Of a DNA stretch of 64,000 bases, positions 9,745-19,409 are shown one piece after another (position 1 is the first letter of the stretch; each line of letters begins with the position of its first letter). Origin of the DNA: a bacterium (GTDB taxonomy: Bacteria; UBA8248); the NCBI GenBank assembly GCA_022825065.1, contig JAJDYR010000022.1, positions 203,802 through 267,801 of the forward strand. The letters are read 5' to 3'. The notes under the pieces were generated by a model that worked only from the letters and a program-made list of their open reading frames with translations, did not search any database and was not told the origin of the DNA. Both the position numbers and the translations under genes were made by a program.

Positions 9745-10350
9745 TCAGGAGCCAGCCGCTCGTTTCAGGTATTCGACAATCGCAGGCGCATCCCATTTGC
9801 GGGCGCCGATGATTTTTTGCAGGAGGCGGCCCTGGCGGTCCACGATGAACGTCTCCGGCACGCCGGTCGTGCGGTAGAGCTTCTTGATGCTCCCGCGCGG
9901 GTCGAGCAGAATCGGGAACGTGAGGCCGAAGCGCTCGACGAATTTCCGGACCGCGTCCGCCCCCAGGGCGTCGATGCTCACCGCCAGTATCTCGAACGGC
10001 GCGCCGTCTTTTTTCATCCGGGCGTAGAGGCGCTGCAAATCCGGCATCTCATCCAGGCAAGGGACACACCACGTGGCCCACACGTTGATGAGAACCACCT
10101 TGTTTTTCTGGCCTGTAAGAGAGGCGCTCCCCCCGCCCAGCAGCGGGTATTCGAAAGGAGGAACCCGGGCGCCGATTTCGAGATTAACCACGGGCGCTTC
10201 TTCGACGCGCTCCGTCGTCAGGCGCTCGCCCACCGCCCAGAGCAGCGTCAGCAGCACCGGGGCCAGGATGAACGAAAGGGCCAGCCGCTTCGCCTTTCGC
10301 TGGTCTGGCTTCGAGCTGTTAAACTCCGCCATACTTTCAGCTTTTCTCAT
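9745..10350 (-). CDS. TlpA/ResA/CcmG-type thiol-disulfide oxidoreductase
   Basis: N-terminal TM helix, WATWCVPC, GVPET cis-Pro loop. Alternative start at 10332. Confidence 0.93.
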   Translation of the reverse strand: MRKAESMAEFNSSKPDQRKAKRLALSFILAPVLLTLLWAVGERLTTERVEEAPVVNLEIGARVPPFEYPLLGGGSASLTGQKNKVVLINVWATWCVPCLDEMPDLQRLYARMKKDGAPFEILAVSIDALGADAVRKFVERFGLTFPILLDPRGSIKKLYRTTGVPETFIVDRQGRLLQKIIGARKWDAPAIVEYLKRAAGS

Positions 10351-11020
10351 CGAGCAAGTGCCCTACGAGAGCGAAGGCGGCCTCGCTGTCCCATTCGCGG
10401 GGACCTACGCCGTAGCCCACTACCTGGCCTTGCCTGTCCAGGAGATATGTCGTCGGCAGGCCCCGCACCTTGTAGAGCGCCTTCGCCTTGTGCTCGGGGT
10501 CGAGGACGATGGGGAAAGTCAGTTTCAGCTTCGCGACGAACTCGCGCACATCGTCTTCATTGCCCTGGTCCAGTGATATCGCTACGATCTCGAGACCACG
10601 CGGCTTGTATTTCGCATAAAGCCGCTCCATCGAGGGCATTTCCCGGATGCACGGCTGGCACCACGTCGCCCAGAAATTCACCAGGACGAGCTTGCCCGCA
10701 TGCTGCGTGAGGGAATGATTCTGCCCGTCCAGGGCCTTGAGCATCACGTCCGGGGCATCGGCGCGCTGGACTTGCTTCAGAAAAATCATGTCGCGGTAGA
10801 GGGAGTCGTCATCCCCTGCGCCTTCCTTCGACATTGCCTGCGCCTGCTTTCTTTCCACCTCTTGCGTCGGCCGCTCCCCCTGTTTTCCGAAATACACAAT
10901 CATCCAGACAACCAGGACGAGGCTGATCACCATTCCAGTCAGCCGCCATTTGATGCTGCGGCGGGGTGGAGAGAATCCGTCGAGATTTCTGACGAGTTCG
11001 GTTTTGGGATTATAATTCAT
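10337..11020 (-). CDS. TlpA/ResA/CcmG-type thiol-disulfide oxidoreductase (second copy)
   Basis: TM helix, FWATWCQPC, GLPTT. Confidence 0.93.
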   Translation of the reverse strand: MNYNPKTELVRNLDGFSPPRRSIKWRLTGMVISLVLVVWMIVYFGKQGERPTQEVERKQAQAMSKEGAGDDDSLYRDMIFLKQVQRADAPDVMLKALDGQNHSLTQHAGKLVLVNFWATWCQPCIREMPSMERLYAKYKPRGLEIVAISLDQGNEDDVREFVAKLKLTFPIVLDPEHKAKALYKVRGLPTTYLLDRQGQVVGYGVGPREWDSEAAFALVGHLLDEKS

Positions 11021-11051
11021 CGAATGCTCTCAGCGTGCGGAGTATGGCGGC

Positions 11052-11540
11052 TCAGCCCTCGAAATCGCCAAGCTCGCGCTGCAAGCGATTGTCCAGGGGA
11101 TCGTCCGAGGCGGTTTTTTGCGGGGCTTCTCCCCTCTCCCCGCTTTGCCCGGCGTCGTCTGGGCGCTTCGTCCACGCCCTCACCAGGACGAATACCACGC
11201 CGAAACCCGCCAGCACCCCCCCGAAAGGAAGGAGCCAGGCGGTAAGATAAAAACCCTCCGCCGGTGGTTTCGGCAGGACTTCCCGGCCGTACACTTCGAC
11301 GAAATACCGGACGATCTCCTCTTTCGTCTCACCGGAGAATATCTTGCGGCGCACGAGTTCGCGGAGTTGGGCGCCCTCGCTGCTCGGGCAGTCGTGGAGC
11401 AGTTTCCCCGGGCAGACGGGGCTCATGAGGGCGCCCGCCACTTCGGAGAAGGTCGTCTTCGCTCCAGGCGAGGCGGCCTCCACAGCCGGGTGCGCATTGA
11501 AAGCGACTACGAGACACAAGGCGAGAACAAGTCGCATCAT
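11052..11540 (-). CDS. ccmH: Cytochrome c biogenesis protein CcmH (variant Cys motif)
   Basis: Signal peptide, LMSPVCPG..DCPS, GETKEEIVRYFVEVYG..VL..PP, AWLLP TM helix; position in the ccm operon. Confidence 0.88.
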   Translation of the reverse strand: MMRLVLALCLVVAFNAHPAVEAASPGAKTTFSEVAGALMSPVCPGKLLHDCPSSEGAQLRELVRRKIFSGETKEEIVRYFVEVYGREVLPKPPAEGFYLTAWLLPFGGVLAGFGVVFVLVRAWTKRPDDAGQSGERGEAPQKTASDDPLDNRLQRELGDFEG

Positions 11541-11671
11541 GGAGAATCTCCCCCGGGGGCAAGTTTTTTCTCCTCCTCGATCAAAATATCCATCCGCGCC
11601 TTGAGAGTCCACCAGTAAATCGCAAAACCTCCCAGAACGACGATGTACGCCGCCGCCACGTAGCCCATCAT
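11537..11671 (-). CDS. ccmD: Heme exporter protein CcmD (44 aa, not listed as its own ORF in the track)
   Basis: MMGYVAAAYIVVLGGFAIYWWTLKARMDILIEEEKK...: YxxxAY single TM then charged tail. ATGA-coupled to ccmC upstream and ccmH downstream. Confidence 0.85.
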   Translation of the reverse strand: MMGYVAAAYIVVLGGFAIYWWTLKARMDILIEEEKKLAPGGDSP

Positions 11672-12363
11672 CCTTCCTCCCGCGCGGCGCGCGCCTCTTC
11701 CACCCGCGCGCTCAGGCGCTCGATCTGCGCGCGCTTTCGGACGAAACACACGAACAGGAGCGTAAAAGCCAGCAGGGAACTCCACAGCGCGACGTGCATG
11801 GAATCGGGCAGATCCCTCAACCCGCCCGAACGCATCACCACAGGCTTGGGATGGAGGGTGCGCCACCATTCCACCGACATATGCACGATGGGCACGTTCA
11901 GGAAGCCCACAATCCCCATCACGGCGGCGAAGCGCGCCCTCTGCTCCGGTTCCGTCATGTAGGCGCGCAGCATCAGATACCCCACGTATATCATCCACAG
12001 GATGAGCGTGGTGGTGAGCCGCGCGTCCCACGTCCACCACACGCCCCATACAGGGCGGGCCCAGATGGGCCCGGTGATCAGCACCAGCGTGCAGAAGACC
12101 ACCCCCGCTTCCGCGCAGGCGTGCGCGCGGATGTCGTCGTCCGGATTCCTTTTCGCCAGATATTTGATCGAGAAGATGAATACCAGGAAAAAGGCCAGAT
12201 ACGCCACCCAGGCCGACGGGACGTGGATGTAGAAAATCCGCTGCGGCGGCCCCTGGAGCCTGTCGGTGCCCGCGATGAAGAAATTCGCGAAAATGGCGAA
12301 AGCAAGAGTGACCAGGGTGAGAACCGGCAACCACCCGAACACTCCCCGCTCGTTTCGACGCAT
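11668..12363 (-). CDS. ccmC: Heme chaperone subunit CcmC
   Basis: RIFYIHVP, WARPVWGVWWTWDARLT (WWD domain), WWRTLHP. Confidence 0.97.
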   Translation of the reverse strand: MRRNERGVFGWLPVLTLVTLAFAIFANFFIAGTDRLQGPPQRIFYIHVPSAWVAYLAFFLVFIFSIKYLAKRNPDDDIRAHACAEAGVVFCTLVLITGPIWARPVWGVWWTWDARLTTTLILWMIYVGYLMLRAYMTEPEQRARFAAVMGIVGFLNVPIVHMSVEWWRTLHPKPVVMRSGGLRDLPDSMHVALWSSLLAFTLLFVCFVRKRAQIERLSARVEEARAAREEG

Positions 12364-12442
12364 CAGGCGCTCCTCCCGGCGGCGCAGAGCGGCGACAATA
12401 TATAAAGTAATTCAATAGAAATAATACTATAAGACATTGATG

Positions 12443-13132
12443 TTATTCTTCTAATATATATTCGAACACCATCGAGGCGGCCACCAAGAATACCACATCA
12501 TACACCAACATCAAGCGTATCCAATCCCTGGAATCCGGCCACCCGCCGCCGCCGAGATGCGCTTCCGTCGCCTTGACGGCGGCGATCAGAACGGGCACGA
12601 GAACGGGAAACATCAAAACGGGCAGCAAGACCTCGCGCGTCCGCGTACGCGCGCTCATGGCGGAGAACAATGTGCCGGCGGCAGCGACTCCCAGGGTGGC
12701 CGAGGCAGCGATGAGCGCGAGCGCACCGGCCGACTTCCACACATCCGCACGATAGAGAACCGCCAGAACGGCGAAGCCCGCAAACTCCATGATCCCCATC
12801 AAAACGGCAACGGACACCACTTTGCCCAGATACAACGCGGAAGGATCGGCGGGGCTCGCATACATGGCCGAAAAACCCGTGCTCTCGCGCTCCACGCCCA
12901 TCGTACGGGACAGCCCGATGACGCAGGCGAACAGGAACGATATCCACAAGATTCCCGCCTGGACGGCCCGCGCGTTCTCCCCGCTCCCTCCCCCCGGGCC
13001 GAAGGCGAAGCTGAACAGCGTGAGCACAAGCAGCGCGAAAACCACCATGACGAGGAGACTTTCCTTCGTCCGCCATTCGAGGCGCAAGTCCTTTTCCACC
13101 ACCGCGAGGAGGACGGAAAAAAAACGCCTCAC
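12443..13132 (-). CDS. ccmB: Heme exporter permease CcmB
   Basis: KDLRLEWR, six TM helices, REVLLPVLMFPVLVPVLI. Confidence 0.95.
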   Translation of the reverse strand: MRRFFSVLLAVVEKDLRLEWRTKESLLVMVVFALLVLTLFSFAFGPGGGSGENARAVQAGILWISFLFACVIGLSRTMGVERESTGFSAMYASPADPSALYLGKVVSVAVLMGIMEFAGFAVLAVLYRADVWKSAGALALIAASATLGVAAAGTLFSAMSARTRTREVLLPVLMFPVLVPVLIAAVKATEAHLGGGGWPDSRDWIRLMLVYDVVFLVAASMVFEYILEE

Positions 13133-13833
13133 CCCGAGCCTCCGGAGTATCCATCGAGCGCGGCCGACACATCCTCTTCGCTCGAATTTTGAACATCCGC
13201 CTCATAGACGAGCCTGCCCCCGGCCAGAACGGCGATTCTTTCCGCCACCTCAAAGGCTTTAGCTACATCGTGCGTCGTGAACACCACGATGTAGTCACGA
13301 AGGTCCCGCATCAACTCGATTACACTCTCCAGGCGTTCCACCGCTTTCGTGTCCAGACCGGAAAACGGCTCATCGAGCAGCACGACCTCGGGTGTATGCA
13401 ATAGCGTGCGCATAAACGCCGCGCGCTGTCTGAGCCCCTGGCTCAAGACGCGCACGGGCTCATCCAGGCGTTCCTCCATTTCGAGCGTGCCCGCCAAGAG
13501 CTCCACACGCGTCATCATTGCTTTGCGCTCGACGCCGAAAAGCCTGGCGAAGTATTCGAGGTTCTCCCGGATCGTCAACCCCTCATAGAGCATGGGCTCG
13601 TGCGAGAGCAGACCGATTCTGCCCCTCGCCTCGCGTGAGAGCGGCTGGCCGGACAGGCGCACCGCCCCTTCGGTCGGCTTCAGCAAGCCGGCAAGCGTCT
13701 TGAGAAGGGTGGTCTTGCCCGAGCCGTTCTTGCCCAGAAGAGCCAGCGTCTCTCCCGGGGAGACGGACAGGTTCAAATCCTTGAGCGCCCACCTCCATCC
13801 GTAGCGTCTGGATACGCCAAGAGCCTCCAGCAC
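13129..13833 (-). CDS. ccmA: Heme ABC exporter ATP-binding protein CcmA
   Basis: GKNGSGKTT, LSQGLRQR, LLDEPF. Start set at the GTG at 13833 (gagga SD) to avoid overlap with the upstream gene. Confidence 0.9.
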   Translation of the reverse strand: MLEALGVSRRYGWRWALKDLNLSVSPGETLALLGKNGSGKTTLLKTLAGLLKPTEGAVRLSGQPLSREARGRIGLLSHEPMLYEGLTIRENLEYFARLFGVERKAMMTRVELLAGTLEMEERLDEPVRVLSQGLRQRAAFMRTLLHTPEVVLLDEPFSGLDTKAVERLESVIELMRDLRDYIVVFTTHDVAKAFEVAERIAVLAGGRLVYEADVQNSSEEDVSAALDGYSGGSG

Positions 13834-13846
13834 GGCATCCGTCCTC

Positions 13847-14749
13847 TTAGTCCGAGAGTTCTTTGAGGCGCTCGAAGCGCGGGGCGCGCTCCCGGGCATA
13901 CTCGCTTGAGGTGATTTCTCCCGACGCGAGCCTGTCATCGAGTGAAGCGATGGCGCGCAGTATCTCCTCGCGCTCCACCTGCGCGGAATAGGCCGTGTTC
14001 CTTCTTCTGCGGATGTATACGCCCAGCCCCAGGCTCAAGACGACCACGACGCCGCCCACGACGTAGAAAACACCCAGGCCGCCCATCGAATCGGGCGCCT
14101 GCATGTCGATACGAACCACCGTGCCTGCCCTGGCCGCCCCCACGAAGCGGTTGTATTCCCTGTCCTGAAACTTGACGGCGGGCTGTGCGGAAAATCCGAG
14201 AGCCTGAGCCTGCACACGGTCTTTCTCGGGCAGGACAGCGAAACTCGGCGTGTCGTAGAGAATCGGCCTCTCCATTCTGATGCCGCCGAATTCATCCTCC
14301 AGGCGATAGAGCAGGACGATGAATTTCCGCCCCGGCGGGAGAGGCTCCGTCGTGCGGAGTTCATCCCCCACCGTTGTGAGGAACCTGGGGTCGAGCCCTG
14401 CGGGCGCCGCTCCCCAGCGCGCTCTGGGATTTCTGATGTTGCTGCTTCTGGGCAACGCAAAGCGCAGCGTGGGAGCGCCGCCTTTCGAGACGATGGTGGC
14501 GCTGCCCTCGTTCTCGAAATCCATCATCTCCATGACCTCGAAAAAACCTTTCTCCAGCCGGACGGTGAGGATGTTGCGCTTGAGTTTCAGCGGGGAGAGG
14601 TCTGTCGTCGTGGGGCCGGGGGCTTGAACTTTCGCCCTGGGCGGCGCGGCTTCGATCTTCGCCGGTCCTGCATAAGAGAAGGAAGACGAAGAAAACAGCA
14701 AGAACAAGCCCAGGGCGATCAGGCAGCATGTGGCAGCGATGCGTTTCAA
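13847..14749 (-). CDS. Exported protein with C-terminal TM and CcmI/SHOCT-like tail, ccm-associated
   Basis: Signal peptide, beta-rich body, TM helix, then IASLDDRLASGEITSSEY; coupled within the ccm operon. Confidence 0.7.
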   Translation of the reverse strand: MKRIAATCCLIALGLFLLFSSSSFSYAGPAKIEAAPPRAKVQAPGPTTTDLSPLKLKRNILTVRLEKGFFEVMEMMDFENEGSATIVSKGGAPTLRFALPRSSNIRNPRARWGAAPAGLDPRFLTTVGDELRTTEPLPPGRKFIVLLYRLEDEFGGIRMERPILYDTPSFAVLPEKDRVQAQALGFSAQPAVKFQDREYNRFVGAARAGTVVRIDMQAPDSMGGLGVFYVVGGVVVVLSLGLGVYIRRRRNTAYSAQVEREEILRAIASLDDRLASGEITSSEYARERAPRFERLKELSD

Positions 14750-15354
14750 CTGAGCCGGCGTCCACAGGAGGAGCAGAAATTATCCGCTTCATCCACCGCG
14801 TTTCCGCAAGAAGCGCAAAACCGGGGTTTCATACTTTTCTCTTGCTCATCCGGTGACGGATCGGCTGGTTCATCCCCCGATTTACCCGGATTTTTTCTGT
14901 AGCGCAGGATCTCCGCCTCCAGGCGCTCATCGAGCGTGGGTGGTTTCTCGACCGCGGCTTTCCCGGATGGCGGATGTTTTATTTCGAGCCGGGCCGCCGC
15001 TTGAGCCGCCTCTCGCTCGTTCATCTGCAGGGGCGCCATCCCCTCCTTCACCCCTCTGGCGTCTAGGCGTCTCAGCACCTCCACCGCCTGCGCCCGGGCG
15101 GGCGCCATCATCTGAGAATAGTCTTCATCCGAGAGCTTTCCCATTTCCTTGTCGAACTCGATGTCCATGATGTTCTTGTAGGCCTGCTCGCGCTCCATCA
15201 ACAGCCGCGTCAACTCGCGGTTCGAAAGCGGCTGCGCGCTATCCTCATCCGCCAAGACGCCCCGGGCCGTCTCAGGGCGCATGATGGGCCGGATGGTGTA
15301 GAAAAACGCCGCGCCGACGGCTCCCAAGGCGATGACGGCGCCCAGAATTTCCAT
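14746..15354 (-). CDS. Membrane-anchored CcmI-N-terminus-like protein with C-terminal zinc ribbon
   Basis: N-terminal TM, DIEFDKEMGKLSDEDY, C-terminal FCASCG...NFCSSCG. Confidence 0.78.
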   Translation of the reverse strand: MEILGAVIALGAVGAAFFYTIRPIMRPETARGVLADEDSAQPLSNRELTRLLMEREQAYKNIMDIEFDKEMGKLSDEDYSQMMAPARAQAVEVLRRLDARGVKEGMAPLQMNEREAAQAAARLEIKHPPSGKAAVEKPPTLDERLEAEILRYRKNPGKSGDEPADPSPDEQEKSMKPRFCASCGNAVDEADNFCSSCGRRLS

Positions 15355-15357
15355 CGT

Positions 15358-17322
15358 TCAAGCCCGCTTCTTTCTTCGCCTGCCCCAGCGCTCCGGCAGG
15401 AAGCAGACGATGGAACCGAGCGTGAAGACGACGCCTCCCGCCCACACCCAGTTCACCAGCGGATTGACCATGAACTTGAACGTGGCGGTGCCGTCCGTGT
15501 CCGCCTCGGCGAAGACGGCGTAGATGTCCGAACGAGCCCCCCGGCGGATGCCGGGCTCCGTCGTCGGCTGCGGGGGCGTGAAGTAGAGCCTTTTCTCCGG
15601 CTCCACCTCCCCGATGCGATACCCCGCCCGGTAGACGCCCAGGCGCGCGAAGGCGGAGCGGTATTGCGGCGTCGCGCTCTCGCGAATCCCCTCGTAGCGC
15701 ATCCGCACGCCGTCGAGCGCGAAACTCTCGCCCAGGCGCAGGCGCACCTCGCCCACTTCCTGATAGGCGGAGGAAGCCGCCACGCCCACGAACAGGATCG
15801 CCATTCCCAGGTGGACGATGTAGCCCCCGAAGCGCCTCTTGTTGCGCATGGTGAGTTCCCACGCGGCCCGGGCGATGCGCTCTCCCTGGTGACGCACGCG
15901 CGAAGAGGTTCCCCGCCAGTACTCCAAAACGATCGTCCCCACCACGAACGCGCAAAGTCCGAACGCGAGCGCCGCGTAGACGTGATGAACGCCGAAGAGC
16001 ACCAGGACGAGAAGAGCGCCCACGGCCACCACGGAGGGATAGACGAAACTCCTGTTCATCTGCTTTCGAGACGTTCTGCGCCAAGCGAAAAGAGGCCCTG
16101 CGCCGCAAAGCAGGATCAGCAGAAGACCTATCGGCACGTTCACCTGGTTGAAGAACGGCGGACCCACGGTGACTTTGACGCCCTTCACGGCTTCCGAGAC
16201 GACCGGGAAAATCGTCCCCCAGAAGACGGCGAACGTGATGCCGACGAGCACGACGTTGTTCAGCAGAAAACTCGCCTCGCGCGAGAAGAAGCTCTCCATC
16301 TCGTGTTCGCTCTGGAGCTGGGGCAGACGCCAGATCATCAGCGCGAAGGATATGACGAGCGCCACCAGCAGATAGACCAGAAACGCCCAGCCGAACGATG
16401 AGTTCGCAAAGGCGTGCACGCTCGATATGATGCCGCTTCTCGTGAGGAAAGTGCCAAAAATCGTAAGCGCGTAGGTGATGATGATGAGCGAGACGTTCCA
16501 GACCTTCAGCATCCCGCGTTTTTCCTGGATCATCACCGAGTGGAGAAAAGCGGTTCCCACCAGCCAGGGCATGAGGCTCGCGTTCTCCACCGGGTCCCAC
16601 GCCCAGTATCCGCCCCAGCCGAGTTCCTTGTAGGCCCATGCGCCGCCGAGCAGGATGCCGACTCCGTTGAAGAACCATGCGAACAGCGTCCAGCGGCGCG
16701 TCGAGGTGATCCAGTCGGTGTCGAGCTTTCCGCTCGCCAGAGCGCCGATGCAAAAGGCGAACGGGACGGCGAAACCCACATAGCCCAGGTACAGGTTGGG
16801 CGGGTGGATCACCATCCCCCAGTCCTGGAGCAGCGGGTTCAGGCCTCTTCCGTCCGCAGGCGGGGCGGCGAGCGTATCGAAGGGCGGGGTGACGAAATTC
16901 AGGATCACCAGGAAGAACAGCGCCGTGGCCATCAGCGTGGACGTCACATACGGCATCAATTCGAGATTTCTGTCGCGGTTTTGCCGGATGACAACAAACG
17001 CGTAAACACATAGGAGCAGGAGCCACATCAGCAGGCTCCCCTCCTGCCCTCCCCAGAAAGCGCTGAAGCGATAGAAGCCGTTCAGCGTGTTGTTGACGTG
17101 TCCCGCGACGTATTCCACGCGGTAGTCGCGCACCATGAGCAGATAGACGAGACACGCACTCGCGCCGCTCACCAGCCAGAAAACGCCGACGGCGGCGTTT
17201 CTGCCCGCCGCGACGAGGTCTGCCCTGCGCCTTAGCGCGCCGAAAATGGAAGCCCCGATCCCGAACACCGCCAGGACGAGCGACGCCAGCAAGCTGTAGT
17301 GTCCGAACTGAATGGCGATCAA
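15358..17322 (-). CDS. ccmF: Heme lyase CcmF
   Basis: WGGQEGSLL, GLNPLLQ, IHPP, WAYKELGWGGYWAWDPVEN, SVHAF. Confidence 0.98.
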   Translation of the reverse strand: MIAIQFGHYSLLASLVLAVFGIGASIFGALRRRADLVAAGRNAAVGVFWLVSGASACLVYLLMVRDYRVEYVAGHVNNTLNGFYRFSAFWGGQEGSLLMWLLLLCVYAFVVIRQNRDRNLELMPYVTSTLMATALFFLVILNFVTPPFDTLAAPPADGRGLNPLLQDWGMVIHPPNLYLGYVGFAVPFAFCIGALASGKLDTDWITSTRRWTLFAWFFNGVGILLGGAWAYKELGWGGYWAWDPVENASLMPWLVGTAFLHSVMIQEKRGMLKVWNVSLIIITYALTIFGTFLTRSGIISSVHAFANSSFGWAFLVYLLVALVISFALMIWRLPQLQSEHEMESFFSREASFLLNNVVLVGITFAVFWGTIFPVVSEAVKGVKVTVGPPFFNQVNVPIGLLLILLCGAGPLFAWRRTSRKQMNRSFVYPSVVAVGALLVLVLFGVHHVYAALAFGLCAFVVGTIVLEYWRGTSSRVRHQGERIARAAWELTMRNKRRFGGYIVHLGMAILFVGVAASSAYQEVGEVRLRLGESFALDGVRMRYEGIRESATPQYRSAFARLGVYRAGYRIGEVEPEKRLYFTPPQPTTEPGIRRGARSDIYAVFAEADTDGTATFKFMVNPLVNWVWAGGVVFTLGSIVCFLPERWGRRRKKRA

Positions 17323-17395
17323 CTGAGAACTCCCGGAGTGGAGCGGATTTTCAAGACGACATGAGAGACAAGGGCCGTTTTCGCGGGTTTTTCAG

Positions 17396-17872
17396 CTATC
17401 TGGCCTCTGACATCCGCTTGCGCTTCGCGGCTTCTTTCATCAAGACCTCGTGATCCGTCGGCATGCTCTCACCCGCTTCTTTCATCTCCTCGAACTTCGA
17501 GGGGCACGCGACCATCAGGTTCTTCGCCACCAGGACCCCCTTGGCGTCCAGCTTTCCCTCGGCGATGACCGGAAACCCGTTTTCGAGCAAATCGGGGGGA
17601 ACCCCCTTGTAGCTCACGGGCAAGGTCCCCTTCTCGCCCTGTATATGGAAGGCGAGCAGCATGGCGTCGGGGTTTTTCTGAAGCGTCCTGGGCACGATCT
17701 TGCCCTGCACCCTGATGCCGCGGCCGCCCAGGGTCGGCGCCTTTTGGGACACCTCATCCACGGTCAGGAAATACACCAGGTTCTCGCTCTGGAAACCCGA
17801 GATGGCCAGATAGGCGAACGCGCTCAGGATGACTGCGCCCGCGATGAGAAATTTGATTTTCTGAACGCTCAT
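17396..17872 (-). CDS. ccmE: Heme chaperone CcmE, Cys-type (CPSKF)
   Basis: N-terminal TM, VYFLT, RVQGKIV, YKGVPPDL, ACPSKFEE. Start at the ATG at 17872 (alternative 17893). Confidence 0.93.
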   Translation of the reverse strand: MSVQKIKFLIAGAVILSAFAYLAISGFQSENLVYFLTVDEVSQKAPTLGGRGIRVQGKIVPRTLQKNPDAMLLAFHIQGEKGTLPVSYKGVPPDLLENGFPVIAEGKLDAKGVLVAKNLMVACPSKFEEMKEAGESMPTDHEVLMKEAAKRKRMSEAR

Positions 17873-17982
17873 CCATTCCCTCTCGGCGGCCAAGAAAGGC
17901 GTCTTTCAAGAATACGACGCTCCTTCGTTTCTTTCAACCGGTTCGAGAACATAACCCCCAGGCAATTCAACATTTTTCAAAG

Positions 17983-18015
17983 AAAAACCGGCGGAGCCGC
18001 ACGAACTCCGCCGGT
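17983..18015 (-). terminator. Rho-independent terminator of ilvC
   Basis: accggcggag / ctccgccggt 10-bp stem followed by a T tract on the minus strand. Confidence 0.8.
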
Positions 18016-18038
18016 CGGGACGTCTCCCAAATTCTCTC

Positions 18039-19076
18039 TTATTTCACCTCGCGCTCCTCGATCCACGGCATCATGGCGCGCAGACGGCGTCCGACGATCT
18101 CGATGTCGTGCTCCTTCTCCTTGCGCACCACCGTGTTGAACGTCGGGCGGTTCACCATGTTCTCGTTGATCCACTCGCTGGCGAATCTCCCGGTCTGGAT
18201 GTCGCGCAGGATGCCGCGCATCCGCTCGCGCGTCGCATCGTCGATGACGACCTTGCCCCGCGTGATGTCCCCGTATTCGGCGGTGTCGGAAACCGAATAG
18301 CGCATCATGGTGATGCCGCCCTGGTAAATCAGGTCGGTGATCAGCTTCACCTCGTGGAGGCACTCGAAATACGCCAGCGCGGGCTGATAGCCCGCCTCAA
18401 CGAGCGTCTCGAACGCGACGCGAATCAACTCGGTGATGCCGCCGCACAGCACGGCCTGCTCGCCGAAGAGGTCCGTCTCGGTCTCCTCCTCGATGGTCGT
18501 CTCGATGATGCCGGCGCGGGCGCAGCCCACCGCCTTGCCGTAAGCCAGGGCGTATTCCTTCGCCTTGCCCGTGGCGTCCTGGAAGACGGCCACGAGACCC
18601 GGCACCCCGCGCCCGTCCTCGTACTGGAATCTCATCGTGTGGCCCGGGCTTTTGGGGGCGATCATCACGACGTCGATGTTCTCGGGAGGGATGATTTGCC
18701 CGTAATTCAGGTTGAACCCATGGGCGACCACCAGGGCGTCGCCGTCTTTCATGTTGGGCGCGATGTCCGCGTTCCAGATGGCGGGCTGGAGATGATCCTG
18801 CGTCAGGATGACCACCATGTCGCCCGCCTCGGCCGCCTCGGCCGTTTCCATCACCTCGAGGCCGTCGTCTTCGGCCTGCTTCCAGCGCGGGGAGGTTTTC
18901 CTGAGACCCACGACGACGTCCGCGCCGCTGTCCTGTGCGTTCAGCGCATGGGCGCGCCCCTGGCTTCCGTAACCGATGACGGCGATTTTTCTGTTCTGCA
19001 GAAGATTCAGGTCCGCATCGGCGTCATAGTAGATTTTCAGGTCTTTCAACAACTGTTCTTCATTCACTTCGCTCAT
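18039..19076 (-). CDS. ilvC: Ketol-acid reductoisomerase
   Basis: [48 protein letters not shown]. Confidence 0.98.
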   Translation of the reverse strand: MSEVNEEQLLKDLKIYYDADADLNLLQNRKIAVIGYGSQGRAHALNAQDSGADVVVGLRKTSPRWKQAEDDGLEVMETAEAAEAGDMVVILTQDHLQPAIWNADIAPNMKDGDALVVAHGFNLNYGQIIPPENIDVVMIAPKSPGHTMRFQYEDGRGVPGLVAVFQDATGKAKEYALAYGKAVGCARAGIIETTIEEETETDLFGEQAVLCGGITELIRVAFETLVEAGYQPALAYFECLHEVKLITDLIYQGGITMMRYSVSDTAEYGDITRGKVVIDDATRERMRGILRDIQTGRFASEWINENMVNRPTFNTVVRKEKEHDIEIVGRRLRAMMPWIEEREVK

Positions 19077-19201
19077 GGCCTTTGGCCCTCCAGGATTCGC
19101 AGCCCTCGCCGCGACATCAAAAAACGATCCACATGGTTCGGAAAAAACACCTCTTTATAGAATTCAGTTTCTCGTGGGAAACCCGCCGAAAAAGAGACCA
19201 T

Positions 19202-19230
19202 AATCTAGGAGCAGGAAGCGGGAGCGTCAA
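19202..19230 (-). promoter_or_regulatory. Putative sigma70 promoter of ilvC
   Basis: TTGACG-17 bp-TAGATT on the minus strand. Confidence 0.6.
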
Positions 19231-19364
19231 GGCGCTCCGGGCATCATGCCGCACATTCCAGAGCATCTGGTTTTTCTCTTGCCCGGCTCCCGAAAACACC
19301 GCGTGAAGAGCGCCCGCTCGCGGTCGGGAGCGTTTCGCTCCTCATGCAAGAACCAAAGAGACGC

Positions 19365-19398
19365 AAAAAAAGCCGAAGCAATGCGCCCCGGCTTTTTT
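19365..19398. terminator. Rho-independent terminator downstream of the desaturase
   Basis: aaaaaaagccg...cggctttttt hairpin with A/T tracts on both sides. Confidence 0.75.
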
Positions 19399-19409
19399 CG
19401 AGTTGTCTT

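Noticed and set aside
19077-19409. Possible attenuator leader or riboswitch upstream of ilvC
   Set aside because: I could not identify an Ile/Leu/Val-rich leader peptide or a terminator/antiterminator pair downstream of the predicted promoter.
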